DNA from: Deltaproteobacteria bacterium
GTDB taxonomy: Bacteria > JAGRBM01 > JAHCIT01
DNA length: 64,000 bases
Direction: 5' to 3'
Assembly (NCBI GenBank): GCA_026129095.1
Contig: JAHCIT010000002.1
Location: 310,001-374,000 of the forward strand
A model generated the notes under the pieces. The model searched no databases and was not told the origin of the DNA. It was given only the letters and a program-made list of their open reading frames with translations. A program made the translations under genes and the position numbers. Positions 1 through 8,527 of the stretch are shown piece after piece (positions within the stretch are counted from its first letter, which is position 1; every line of letters begins with the position of its first letter).

Positions 1-568
1 ACCTGGATGGCGCTTCGCCGCTCCCGATCACTCCGACGCGCCGGCCCTTCAGCGGATAGTCCGGATCCCACCGCGACGTATGCAGCAGCTTGCCACGGAA
101 CGAATTCAGGCCCTCAATATCGGGATACGACGGATCGGAAAGCCCGCCGGCGGCGGAAACCAGCACGCGGGCGCGGAACTCCCCGCCCCCGTCGGTGCGA
201 AGCGTCCACATGCCGCTCCCCTCATCATAAGTCGCGCCCGTCACGGGTGTGTTGAACCGCACATGGGGCCGGATGCCGTATTTCTCCGCGCAGCGGAGAA
301 TGTAGGCCTGGATTTCCCGCGAGCCCGAGTAGGCCTCCGACCAGCCGGGGTTGGGCTCGAACGAGTAGCAGTACAGGTGCGAGGGCACGTCACAGGCGCA
401 GCCGGGATAGGTGTTGTCCCGCCAGGTTCCGCCCACCTCGTCCGCCCGCTCGAAGATGGTGAAGTTCGTAAACCCCGCCTTCTTGAGACTGATCCCCATG
501 TTCAGCCCGGAAAAGCCGGAACCGACAATGGCCACAGGTATCCCGCTCCGGCCTGGTGTCTTGCCCAT
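1..568 (-). CDS. Type I Baeyer-Villiger / flavin-containing monooxygenase, N-terminal part (runs off the window)
   Basis: Not in the ORF track; translated by hand from ATG at 568 (SD AGGAGG upstream): MGKTPGRSGIPVAIVGSGFSG...GGTWRDNTYPGCACD...FRGKLLHTSRWD...VIGSGASA. Both Rossmann motifs and both BVMO fingerprints are present. Confidence 0.9.
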   Translation of the reverse strand, partial: MGKTPGRSGIPVAIVGSGFSGLNMGISLKKAGFTNFTIFERADEVGGTWRDNTYPGCACDVPSHLYCYSFEPNPGWSEAYSGSREIQAYILRCAEKYGIRPHVRFNTPVTGATYDEGSGMWTLRTDGGGEFRARVLVSAAGGLSDPSYPDIEGLNSFRGKLLHTSRWDPDYPLKGRRVGVIGSGEAPSR

Positions 569-737
569 GATACCCCTCCTAAAAATGCCCCGGAGCCGCC
601 TCGGCCCCCAGCACGCTATTGTTGACCGAAACTGCCGCCAAGGGAAAACAGCCGGTTTCAAGCGGGGGCGGACAAATGTCCGGCACACTTATTAGTTCAA
701 ATTATTCTTTTAATATCAGTATGTTATTCAATTTATA

Positions 738-772
738 TTGACAGCCTGACATTGGGAATGATATGTCATTCC
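738..772 (+). promoter_or_regulatory. Putative sigma70 promoter overlapped by a palindromic TetR operator
   Basis: TTGACA at 738-743. Near-perfect 18-bp palindrome GGAATGATATGTCATTCC at 755-772, directly before the TetR gene. Confidence 0.6.
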
Positions 773-774
773 GA

Positions 775-1392
775 ATGACGACGGATCCCGTCACCGACAC
801 GAAACTGGACCAGCGCCGCCGGGAGATCATCCAGGCGGCCTACAAGGTGTTTGCTGAAAAGGGATACCGCGACGCAGGCATTGCCGATATCGCCGCCGAA
901 CTGAAGCTCGGGCACGGGACCTTCTACCGCTACTTCAAGAACAAGCGCGACATCTTCCTGTCGGTCGTGATGCAGGTGGCCGAGCGGCTGGCGGCGGCCA
1001 TCGCCTCCGAGCCGCCGGACGCCTCGCGCACGCTGGCCGAATACCGGGCGCAGGTCCGCCGGTGGGGCCACAAGCTGCTCGAAGTGATCCAGAAGGATCC
1101 CCGGATTGCCCGCATCCTCCTCCACGAGGCGATGGCGGTGGACCAGGAGATGACCGAGGCGGTGAACCGGTCGTGGGACATCAGCGCGCAGATCACCGAG
1201 TCCTATCTCGTCAACGGCAAGAAGCGCGGTTATCTCCGCGCCGACCTCGACACGCGCATCACCAGCATGGCCCTGAACGCGATCATCTTCGAGGCGATGC
1301 GTCGCGGAGTGGGCCAGACAGGCAGCTCCGAACTGGTCGAGACGTGGATTGACGCCATCGAGAAGCTGATGTTCGACGGGATCAGGGCCTGA
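775..1392 (+). CDS. TetR/AcrR family transcriptional regulator
   Basis: N-terminal HTH IIQAAYKVFAEKGYRDAGIADIAAELKLGHGTFYRYFKNK. Start is 775 or 763. Confidence 0.92.
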   Translation: MTTDPVTDTKLDQRRREIIQAAYKVFAEKGYRDAGIADIAAELKLGHGTFYRYFKNKRDIFLSVVMQVAERLAAAIASEPPDASRTLAEYRAQVRRWGHKLLEVIQKDPRIARILLHEAMAVDQEMTEAVNRSWDISAQITESYLVNGKKRGYLRADLDTRITSMALNAIIFEAMRRGVGQTGSSELVETWIDAIEKLMFDGIRA

Positions 1393-1427
1393 AGCCGGAA
1401 CCAGCAGCATCAGGGAGAGGCAGCACC

Positions 1428-2969
1428 ATGAATATCTCGCCGGAGAGAGCCCACGAAAAACATCCGTCCAGGATTCCGCCCGCCGTGACCGATCACGAGG
1501 CCATCATCGTGGGCGCCGGCTTCGGCGGCATGGGCGCCGCCATCCAGCTGAACCGGATGGGGATCGACGACATCCTGATCCTGGACCGTGAAAACGGGGC
1601 CGGCGGGACGTGGCACGTGAATACCTATCCCGGCCTCGCCGTGGACATCGCCTCGACGACCTACTGCTATTCGTTCGAACCCAACCCGCACTGGTCGCGG
1701 GTCTATGCCCGCGGCGGCGAGCTGAAAAGCTATGCCAACCATGTCGCGGACAAATACAACCTGCGCCGGTTCATGCGCTTCGGCTCCAGCGTGGAGAAGG
1801 CTGTCTATAGCGAGAACGGCCGCTACTGGACCGTCCACACCGAAGGCCGGCCGCCGGTCACGGCCCGCATCCTCATTCTGGCCACCGGCTTCCTCGCGCA
1901 ACCCAAGATGCCCGACATTCCCGGCCTCGATTCGTTCGAGGGCAAGGTCATTCACACGGCCAGGTGGGACCACGGCTATGACCTTGCCGGCAAGCGGGCA
2001 GCGGTCATCGGCACCGGTGCCACGGCCGTCCAGCTTCTGCCGGAGATCGCCCCGAAGCTCGCCCAGATGGACGTCTACCAGCGGACACCGATCTGGGTGA
2101 CGCCGAAGTTCGACGCCGAGATACCGGAATCCGTGCAAAAGCTGTTTGAACGGCTCCCCCTGACCCAGCGGCTCGCCCGGTACTTCACCTCGTCTATCCT
2201 TGAAATGGTGATGGTCACCGGCGCCCTCCACTACCGGGAGTTCAGCTTCCTGACCGACTCGATGGAACGGGCCTGCAAGGCGCACATGGCCCGACAGATT
2301 CCCGATCCGGAGCTGCGGCGCAAGCTCACGCCCGGTTACAGTTTCGGCTGCAAGCGCCCGACCTTCTCGAACGACTACTATCCGACTTTCATGCGGAAGA
2401 ACGTGGAGCTCATCACCGACGGAATCGACCATATCGAGCCGGACGGTATCGTCAGCAGGGATGGCAGGAAGCGGAAGATCGACACGCTTATCCTCGCGAC
2501 CGGTTACAAGGTCTGGGAGAAAGGGAACTTCCCCGCCTTCGACGTGACCGGCCGGGACGGAGTGGAACTCGGTACCTGGTGGGACCAGAACGGCTACCAG
2601 TCGTACGAGGGAATCACGGTGAACGGGTTCCCGAATCTCTTCTACTTTGCCTGCCCGTTCGCCTTCACCGGTCTTTCCTACTTTTTCGCCATCGAGGCGC
2701 AGATGAAGCATGTCGCCCGCTGCCTGACGGAGATGCAGCGGCGGGGCGCCAGCGAGTTCGAGGTGAAAAGCGGCGCGCAGGAGAGGTTCGTGGCGCAGAT
2801 GAAACGGAACCTGAAGAGCACGGTATTCGTGAACGGGAGCTGCGCCTCGTCGAACAGCTACTACTTCAACCAGCACGGCGAATCGCCGCTGCTCCGCCCC
2901 ACCCCGACCGCCATGGGGATCTGGAGCGCGGGGCACTACCCCTTGAAGGACTACCGGTTCGAGGCCTAG
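1428..2969 (+). CDS. Type I Baeyer-Villiger monooxygenase (NAD(P)/FAD-dependent)
   Basis: GAGFGG, GGTWHVNTYPGLAVD, FEGKVIHTARWD, GTGATA, GCKRP and ATGY motifs; SD GGAGAGG. Confidence 0.93.
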   Translation: MNISPERAHEKHPSRIPPAVTDHEAIIVGAGFGGMGAAIQLNRMGIDDILILDRENGAGGTWHVNTYPGLAVDIASTTYCYSFEPNPHWSRVYARGGELKSYANHVADKYNLRRFMRFGSSVEKAVYSENGRYWTVHTEGRPPVTARILILATGFLAQPKMPDIPGLDSFEGKVIHTARWDHGYDLAGKRAAVIGTGATAVQLLPEIAPKLAQMDVYQRTPIWVTPKFDAEIPESVQKLFERLPLTQRLARYFTSSILEMVMVTGALHYREFSFLTDSMERACKAHMARQIPDPELRRKLTPGYSFGCKRPTFSNDYYPTFMRKNVELITDGIDHIEPDGIVSRDGRKRKIDTLILATGYKVWEKGNFPAFDVTGRDGVELGTWWDQNGYQSYEGITVNGFPNLFYFACPFAFTGLSYFFAIEAQMKHVARCLTEMQRRGASEFEVKSGAQERFVAQMKRNLKSTVFVNGSCASSNSYYFNQHGESPLLRPTPTAMGIWSAGHYPLKDYRFEA

Positions 2970-3006
2970 GAACTCCGGCCGTACCTGTAAACGGCAGGCA
3001 ACCCCG

Positions 3007-3768
3007 TCACCCGTCCTCTCCCGGCCAGTTCCGGCTCTCCATGACGAGATCGCTGTCCGGCGCGGCCGGTGTACGCGGAGATGGGCTCTCCAGTATGGTG
3101 CGCTCCTTCAGCGCCCCGCCACCCCAGATGGAGAGTGCCGTGCGCACGGCCTCCTGCCGCGAGATGCCGAACCGTTCGCCGAAAGCGGGGTCGGCGGCCA
3201 GCATGACGAGCCGGTTCAGCAGGCGCAGGGAGACCATGGGATTTATGTCCTTGCGGAGCAGCGGGATGAAGTATGGCGCCGAATCGAGCTGCCGCTTGAT
3301 GATGAGCCCCTGAAAGCGGGCCCAGGCATCGGGATAGTCGCGGCGGAGATCCTCGAAGAAGACCGGGCTCACCGCGCTCATGCTCGCCGTCCAGGCATCC
3401 GACCAGCGGAGCAGCGTTTCCAGGGCGGACTTGCCGTCCTTTACCTTGTCCCATTCGAGCGCATTGATCGCCGCCAGCTCGTCGGCCCACCGGTCCACCA
3501 TCGTGTTCACGATCTCGTCCTTGGAGGCGAAATGCTTGTAGAGCGTCATGGCGCTCATGCGGAGCCGCGTGGCCAGCTCACCCATCACCACCGACCGGAT
3601 CCCCGACCGGCGCGCCCAGGCCGAAAAGGCGGCCAGTATCCTCTCGCGGACCGGATCGCCCGGCGCCGTATTGCCGCCAGCGGCTTCAGCCGGCCGGACA
3701 GGCGCCTTACGGGCGGAACCCCCCTCCGGCGAGGCCTTGTCGATCTCCCTTCTTCTGGCTCTGGACAT
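3007..3768 (-). CDS. TetR/AcrR family transcriptional regulator
   Basis: HTH RERILAAF...GIRSVVMGELATRLRMSAMTLYKHFASKDEI; SD AAGGAG. Confidence 0.88.
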   Translation of the reverse strand: MSRARRREIDKASPEGGSARKAPVRPAEAAGGNTAPGDPVRERILAAFSAWARRSGIRSVVMGELATRLRMSAMTLYKHFASKDEIVNTMVDRWADELAAINALEWDKVKDGKSALETLLRWSDAWTASMSAVSPVFFEDLRRDYPDAWARFQGLIIKRQLDSAPYFIPLLRKDINPMVSLRLLNRLVMLAADPAFGERFGISRQEAVRTALSIWGGGALKERTILESPSPRTPAAPDSDLVMESRNWPGEDG

Positions 3769-3817
3769 GAGAACTCCTTAAGGAAACCGGCTGGGCGGGA
3801 TATAGGACGACTCCACA

Positions 3818-3925
3818 GGTAATGCAAAATTACCAGCATTTCTCGATAGATATGAGAGTAATAAAATCTTCTTGACATTACTGTCGCCCCTATGGCAGTA
3901 ATTATAAATCCATTTTATTTCTCAT
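3818..3925. promoter_or_regulatory. Divergent promoter region with nested inverted repeats (candidate operators)
   Basis: GGTAAT-N5-ATTACC at 3818-3834; ATTACTGTC-N8-GGCAGTAAT at 3877-3902; outer arms ATGAGAGTAATAAAAT / ATTTTATTTCTCAT; TTGACA at 3872. Confidence 0.55.
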
Positions 3926-3999
3926 CTTACCCGCCGGGGGAGGAAAGCCCCGGCCAAGCGCAAGAATAAAACAGGAATATGTTCTGGGAGGAGAATGTC

Positions 4000-6156
4000 G
4001 TGCTGAAAAAAACATTTATACCGGCGGCAGCCGGAGTCCTGGCGGTTATCTGGGTGCTGGCCAGCTGTGGTGACACCGCCAGCGTCACGATCGAAGGCAT
4101 CGAGGGCCAGGAAGACATCTACATGGAGGAGGCCAGCGATGCGATGGCCTACGACCCGACCGCGACCTCGTATTCCGGTACGGTTGCCTACTCCAATCCG
4201 AATGCGCTCCTGGGGAGCAAGCGGGGCGGTTCGCCCCTGTGGGACTGGTGCTACGGCAAGCCCGACAGCGCCATCCTGCCGCCTGATCCCCGCACGCAGG
4301 TCCAGCCCGGAGTGAGCGACGGCCGCGCTGTCCACTTCAACGCCTTCTGGAAGGACTGCCATGTGGACGAAGCCGCCGTTAAGGAGGCTGGCCACGCCAA
4401 GACCTGCGGCGAGCTCCGCCAGCGGTTCAACCGCGGCGACGAGCTGCTGCTCACGGGCGGAGCCAAGGTGGGCGCCCTGTTTTCCGGCGACAATCCCATG
4501 TCCCTGGAGGCCGGCTTCGGCATCGCGACCTTCACCGCCGCCCAGTTCAACAACGTCTGGAAGATCTGGGGCAGCCACCTCTGGCGCCCGGACAACTTCG
4601 ACCTCCTCGTGAGCGAACGTTACGGTTCGGGCTTCAAGACCGGCAGCAATCCGTACCCGAAGCCGGGCGAGGATCCCAACCGGACGAACGGCGGCACCGG
4701 CAAGCTGCCGGAGATGTTCACCCAGCTCCGCGATCCAAAAACCGGCAAATGGACCGGCCGCATCGGGATCACCTGTCACGCCTGCCACAGCGGTGTCGTT
4801 GGCAACACGCTCACCCACGGCGGCGGCAGCAGCCTGGCGGATCTCAACCTGTTCCTGCGCGACATGCTGCCGCTGGGCTATCTCGCCTCGTTCGCGGTGA
4901 TCGCCAACCTCAACCACACCCGCGGCACCAACAACGCGAGCGATATCAACCTCGCCTTCATCTTCCCCGACGAGAAGCTCCTCACACCGTCGGAGTTCTT
5001 CGGTGTCCTCACGTCGGGCACTTCCGCCGGCATGGACACTCCCGCCTGGTGGAACATGGGCCACCGCCCCGTGAAGTTCGCGGACGGCGTGTTCCCGATG
5101 GATGCCCCGCGCGTCGATATGGTGTTCTACACCCCCTTCTTCGGCCTGTTCGGCGGTCTCCTCGGTAAGATCAGCGAGGCAGGGCAGGACTGGATGCGGG
5201 CGAACGGTCCGCCGCTCAACACCTGGATCGAGAGCCTGAAGGCCCCGGTCTACCCGCTCGCCGTCAACAAGACGCTGGCCGAGCAGGGCGCCGTGCTGTT
5301 CCACACGCTCGACATGTGGGACCCCACACGGAAGAACCCGATTCCCCGCCCGCAGGGCAACGGCTCCTGCGCCGCGTGCCACGGGGCCTATTCACCGAAG
5401 TTCGTGAACGACCCCACGTTCCTCGTGAGCCCGGAGCTGGAAGGCATCGCCAGCTACATCGTTCCGCAGAACATCATCGGAACCAACCCGGTGCGGTGGC
5501 AGGTCAACAACGAGTCCGTGCAGAAGGCCGGAGCCAAGAACTTCTTCGGCTATCCGACGACCTACGGGACCGAGAACGACTGCGGCCCCCAGAACCAGAA
5601 GCGCCTGCGCGGCGACCGGGAACTGGGCTACCTCGCACCGCCGCTCTATGGCGTGTGGGCGACCGCCCCCTACTTCCACAACGGCTCGGTGCCGAACGTG
5701 TGGGAGGTGCTCAAGCCCGCCGACCGCAAGCCCATCTGGCGCCGCAAGTCCAAGCCCCAGCCCTCATGGAAGCTCGGCCAGCTGAAGAACGTCATCATGG
5801 GTTTCGACACCGACATCGCCCGCGCGTATGACCCGGTGAAGATGGGCTGGAAATACGACACCGTCGCCTGCAAGTGGCGAACCCTGCTGAACCCGTCGGT
5901 GACGCCGTACATCAACTGCGACCCGAACGACGAGTACAATGACCCGCTGTTCCAGATGATCCTGAACCCGCTGTTCTCGAACATCATTCTCGCCTGGAAC
6001 ATACTGTTCCCGCCGATTCTCAGCGATTCGCACATGGAAGATCGCAAGATCTTCAACACCCACCGCTACGGACAGGGCAACAAGGGCCACGAGTTCAACT
6101 CGGTGCTCACCGATGCCGAGCGGCTCGCCATCATCGAATACCTGAAGACACTGTAG
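4000..6156 (+). CDS. Rubber oxygenase RoxA/RoxB-like diheme cytochrome c, predicted lipoprotein
   Basis: Two CxxCH motifs (CHACH, CAACH), MauG-type motif APPLYGVWATAPYFHNGSVP, PAWWNMGHRP, C-terminal GNKGHEF...AIIEYLKTL. About 720 aa with lipobox LASC. GTG start at 4000 follows GGAGGAG (the ORF track starts at 3979). Confidence 0.82.
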   Translation: MLKKTFIPAAAGVLAVIWVLASCGDTASVTIEGIEGQEDIYMEEASDAMAYDPTATSYSGTVAYSNPNALLGSKRGGSPLWDWCYGKPDSAILPPDPRTQVQPGVSDGRAVHFNAFWKDCHVDEAAVKEAGHAKTCGELRQRFNRGDELLLTGGAKVGALFSGDNPMSLEAGFGIATFTAAQFNNVWKIWGSHLWRPDNFDLLVSERYGSGFKTGSNPYPKPGEDPNRTNGGTGKLPEMFTQLRDPKTGKWTGRIGITCHACHSGVVGNTLTHGGGSSLADLNLFLRDMLPLGYLASFAVIANLNHTRGTNNASDINLAFIFPDEKLLTPSEFFGVLTSGTSAGMDTPAWWNMGHRPVKFADGVFPMDAPRVDMVFYTPFFGLFGGLLGKISEAGQDWMRANGPPLNTWIESLKAPVYPLAVNKTLAEQGAVLFHTLDMWDPTRKNPIPRPQGNGSCAACHGAYSPKFVNDPTFLVSPELEGIASYIVPQNIIGTNPVRWQVNNESVQKAGAKNFFGYPTTYGTENDCGPQNQKRLRGDRELGYLAPPLYGVWATAPYFHNGSVPNVWEVLKPADRKPIWRRKSKPQPSWKLGQLKNVIMGFDTDIARAYDPVKMGWKYDTVACKWRTLLNPSVTPYINCDPNDEYNDPLFQMILNPLFSNIILAWNILFPPILSDSHMEDRKIFNTHRYGQGNKGHEFNSVLTDAERLAIIEYLKTL

Positions 6157-6176
6157 TCCAGGCGACACTCCGAAGG

Positions 6177-6213
6177 CCCCGGCCACCTGAAAGGGTGGCC
6201 GGGGTTTTCTCTT
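6177..6213 (+). terminator. Rho-independent terminator
   Basis: CCCCGGCCACC-tgaaag-GGTGGCCGGGG followed by TTTTCTCTT. Confidence 0.8.
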
Positions 6214-6369
6214 GCTGATCATGGCAGAAACGACGGGCGACTGCCCCGGCAACGCCTGGTTCCGTAAGCAGGTCAGGCCGGTCGTGGCTGGGGTTCTGCC
6301 AAAGCCTGCTCTTCCCTTGCGGCTTTCCAGACCGGACCGAACACCCTCCGCCGCGCAGTGCGCCTTCCG

Positions 6370-6981
6370 TCAACTTCCCTGTGCGATTTCACGGTCAACG
6401 TAGTAGCTGACGAGATAGGCGAGTCCCTCGCCGACCTGCTCGTAGGTCACCGGCGGGTTCTCGGAAGTGAGCTGGCGCAGGACAACGAAGATACCGGCAT
6501 TGACGAGAATGTAGGCCATCGTGGGGATGTTCCGGATCTTCATGTATTCGGGATGGTTGCTGAGGTACTGGACCAGAAGATCCATGAGCGCCTTGCTCAC
6601 CGGTTCGATACTGTCCAGCGGTTCGGCCCGGATGAGCTGCCGGGCGATCGACAGGTAACGTCCGTCGTTGCGGGTCAGGAACTGGCCGAACCGGGCGACC
6701 AGCAGCCGGATCGCCTCGCGGATCTCGAGTTTAACCACCTCGGGTGTCAGTTCCCGGATCAGCACCACCACGTCGTCCGAGAACTTCCGGTTCATGGCAA
6801 CGAAGATATCTTCCTTGTCGCGGAAATACTCATACAGCGAACCGACGCTGATACCCGCAACATCCGCTATCTGGCGGGTCGTCGTATCCGAAGGACCATG
6901 CCGGGCGACGCAGACAAAGCCTGCCTCGATAATGGCCTCAACAGTGGCCTTCGACCGTTTCTGAATGGGTTTACGTGGCAT
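6370..6981 (-). CDS. TetR/AcrR family transcriptional regulator
   Basis: PRKPIQKRSKATVEAIIEA...TTTRQIADVAGISVGSLYEYFRDKE. Confidence 0.93.
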   Translation of the reverse strand: MPRKPIQKRSKATVEAIIEAGFVCVARHGPSDTTTRQIADVAGISVGSLYEYFRDKEDIFVAMNRKFSDDVVVLIRELTPEVVKLEIREAIRLLVARFGQFLTRNDGRYLSIARQLIRAEPLDSIEPVSKALMDLLVQYLSNHPEYMKIRNIPTMAYILVNAGIFVVLRQLTSENPPVTYEQVGEGLAYLVSYYVDREIAQGS

Positions 6982-6997
6982 CTTCCAATCCGAATTG

Positions 6998-7019
6998 AAC
7001 CCGAACTATTGTTCGGATT
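6998..7019. promoter_or_regulatory. Palindromic operator between the divergent TetR gene and the PF10118 gene
   Basis: AACCCGAACTATTGTTCGGATT, an imperfect 22-bp palindrome with perfect core arms CCGAAC/GTTCGG. Confidence 0.55.
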
Positions 7020-7078
7020 AGCATAAAGACACTGATGCTCACAATCAACCCGAAACCAGCAAGGATTCAGCAGAAACC

Positions 7079-8005
7079 ATGAACACAAACGCATTGCGTG
7101 AAGCAATGGACGCCGAGGCCCGCAAGCTGAACGGAGCCAGGGCCGGTGTTCCCGTCCGTCATATGGATTTCGTCCACCCGGCAGAAAAGCCCCGCTTCTT
7201 CTTTTACGATCAGAACCCGCTGGCAACCTCGCTGTTTGCCGTCTTCTCGGCGATCTTTCCGCCGGGCGAGCGGTTTTTTGTCGAATCGGTCCGCCGGTTC
7301 CGGGACCAGCTCACGGATGAAACCCTCCGGGCGAAAGTCTCCGGTTTCATCGGGCAGGAGTCCATCCACGGACGCGAGCACGAACGGCTGAACGAATGGT
7401 TCGTGGCACACGGTTTCGACATGGCGATGCCAGACCGGATGATCCGGTTCAGCCTGGGACTGCTGGAGCGGCTCCCCGCCTCGCAACAGCTCGCCTGCAC
7501 GACTTTCATGGAGCATTTCACGGCCCACCTCGCCGAAGCCTGGCTGACCGACACGCGGTTCCGGACAGGCGCCGATCCCGAGATGCTGCGTCTCTGGAGC
7601 TGGCATGCCCTCGAGGAACTCGAACACAAGGAAGTGGCCTTCGACGTTCACCGCGAAGTGAGCCGTCACGAGCATCTGGAACGGGTGCTCGCAGGACCGC
7701 TGGTGATTGCCGCGCTGTTTCCCGGCATTGCATTCAGTCTCGTCTGGCTGGTGGTGAAACAGGGCGAGGCGTTCAGCATAAGGGAACATCTCCGGGGGCT
7801 CGGCGCCCTGCTGGGACGGAAAGGCTTTCTCACGAACATCCTGCCGAAGATGCCGGCCTTCATGAAAACGCGCTTTCATCCCGACGAGCACGACACCCGC
7901 GCCATTGAAAAGGAGTGGCGGGAAAGACTGTTCGGAGCGGGCGGCGAACTGAACGCAATGTTCCGGAACCGCGAGGCGGTGGAACGGGCGGCCGCGTCTG
8001 CCTGA
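7079..8005 (+). CDS. Predicted metal-dependent hydrolase family (PF10118-like) protein
   Basis: FPPGERFFVESVR, FIGQESIHGREH, EHFTA, WHALEELEHKEVAFDV and FHPDEHD motifs. Confidence 0.85.
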   Translation: MNTNALREAMDAEARKLNGARAGVPVRHMDFVHPAEKPRFFFYDQNPLATSLFAVFSAIFPPGERFFVESVRRFRDQLTDETLRAKVSGFIGQESIHGREHERLNEWFVAHGFDMAMPDRMIRFSLGLLERLPASQQLACTTFMEHFTAHLAEAWLTDTRFRTGADPEMLRLWSWHALEELEHKEVAFDVHREVSRHEHLERVLAGPLVIAALFPGIAFSLVWLVVKQGEAFSIREHLRGLGALLGRKGFLTNILPKMPAFMKTRFHPDEHDTRAIEKEWRERLFGAGGELNAMFRNREAVERAAASA

Positions 8006-8044
8006 ACAAGTCAGCTTCGCTTAAGGGCCAGCCGGGCAGAAAAG

Positions 8045-8076
8045 AGAAAACCCCTCCCAGCTGGGAGGGGTTTTCT
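8045..8076. terminator. Bidirectional terminator between convergent genes
   Basis: Perfect 32-bp palindrome AGAAAACCCCTCCCAGCTGGGAGGGGTTTTCT with A/T tracts on both ends. Confidence 0.8.
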
Positions 8077-8102
8077 GGTTGTCCGGCCAAACCGCTATGC
8101 GG

Positions 8103-8522
8103 TTACTGGTTGATGACCGGCGCAGGGCCTTCCGAAGCGGCCTTGAGCGCCGCCCGCAGGGCCTCTTCCAGCGTTGATCCCAGCCGTGCATGGCCGCGGA
8201 ACACGACCGCGACGGCCTTCATCTGGGTCGTGCGGTTCTGCTGCGAGCGGAGGAAGATCGGCTCCACATAGATCACCTCGTTGCCCACGATGAGCGACAT
8301 CGTATGACCGCGGATCACATCCGCGCCCATGCGGTTCCACCACGAAAGCTGGCGGCTGATATCCGGGTTCTGGTCGATGGCGGCGTCCGCCTGCTCGGGG
8401 CCCGGATAGAAGCGGCCCTTGGGCACCATCAGCATGGTGATCTTTCCGTAGTCGTCGCCGTCCTGGTAGGCGATGGGCAGGCCGCGAAGGTTCAGTGCCT
8501 TCTCGCCGGTGAACGGCATCAT
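8103..8522 (-). CDS. C-terminal fragment of the UPF0182 protein (frameshifted continuation of 8528-12031)
   Basis: MMPFT...DYGKI...GPEQADAAIDQNPDISRQLSWW...VIRG...IYVEPIFLR matches the UPF0182 C-terminus. Confidence 0.8.
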   Translation of the reverse strand: MMPFTGEKALNLRGLPIAYQDGDDYGKITMLMVPKGRFYPGPEQADAAIDQNPDISRQLSWWNRMGADVIRGHTMSLIVGNEVIYVEPIFLRSQQNRTTQMKAVAVVFRGHARLGSTLEEALRAALKAASEGPAPVINQ

Positions 8523-8527
8523 GAGGC

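Noticed and set aside
1410-2936. Long antisense ORFs here and at 3922-5382, 8732-10234, 14646-16484, 25723-27111, 52939-54162 and 62155-63366
   Set aside because: They shadow well-supported genes, lack motifs, and are expected from high-GC codon bias.
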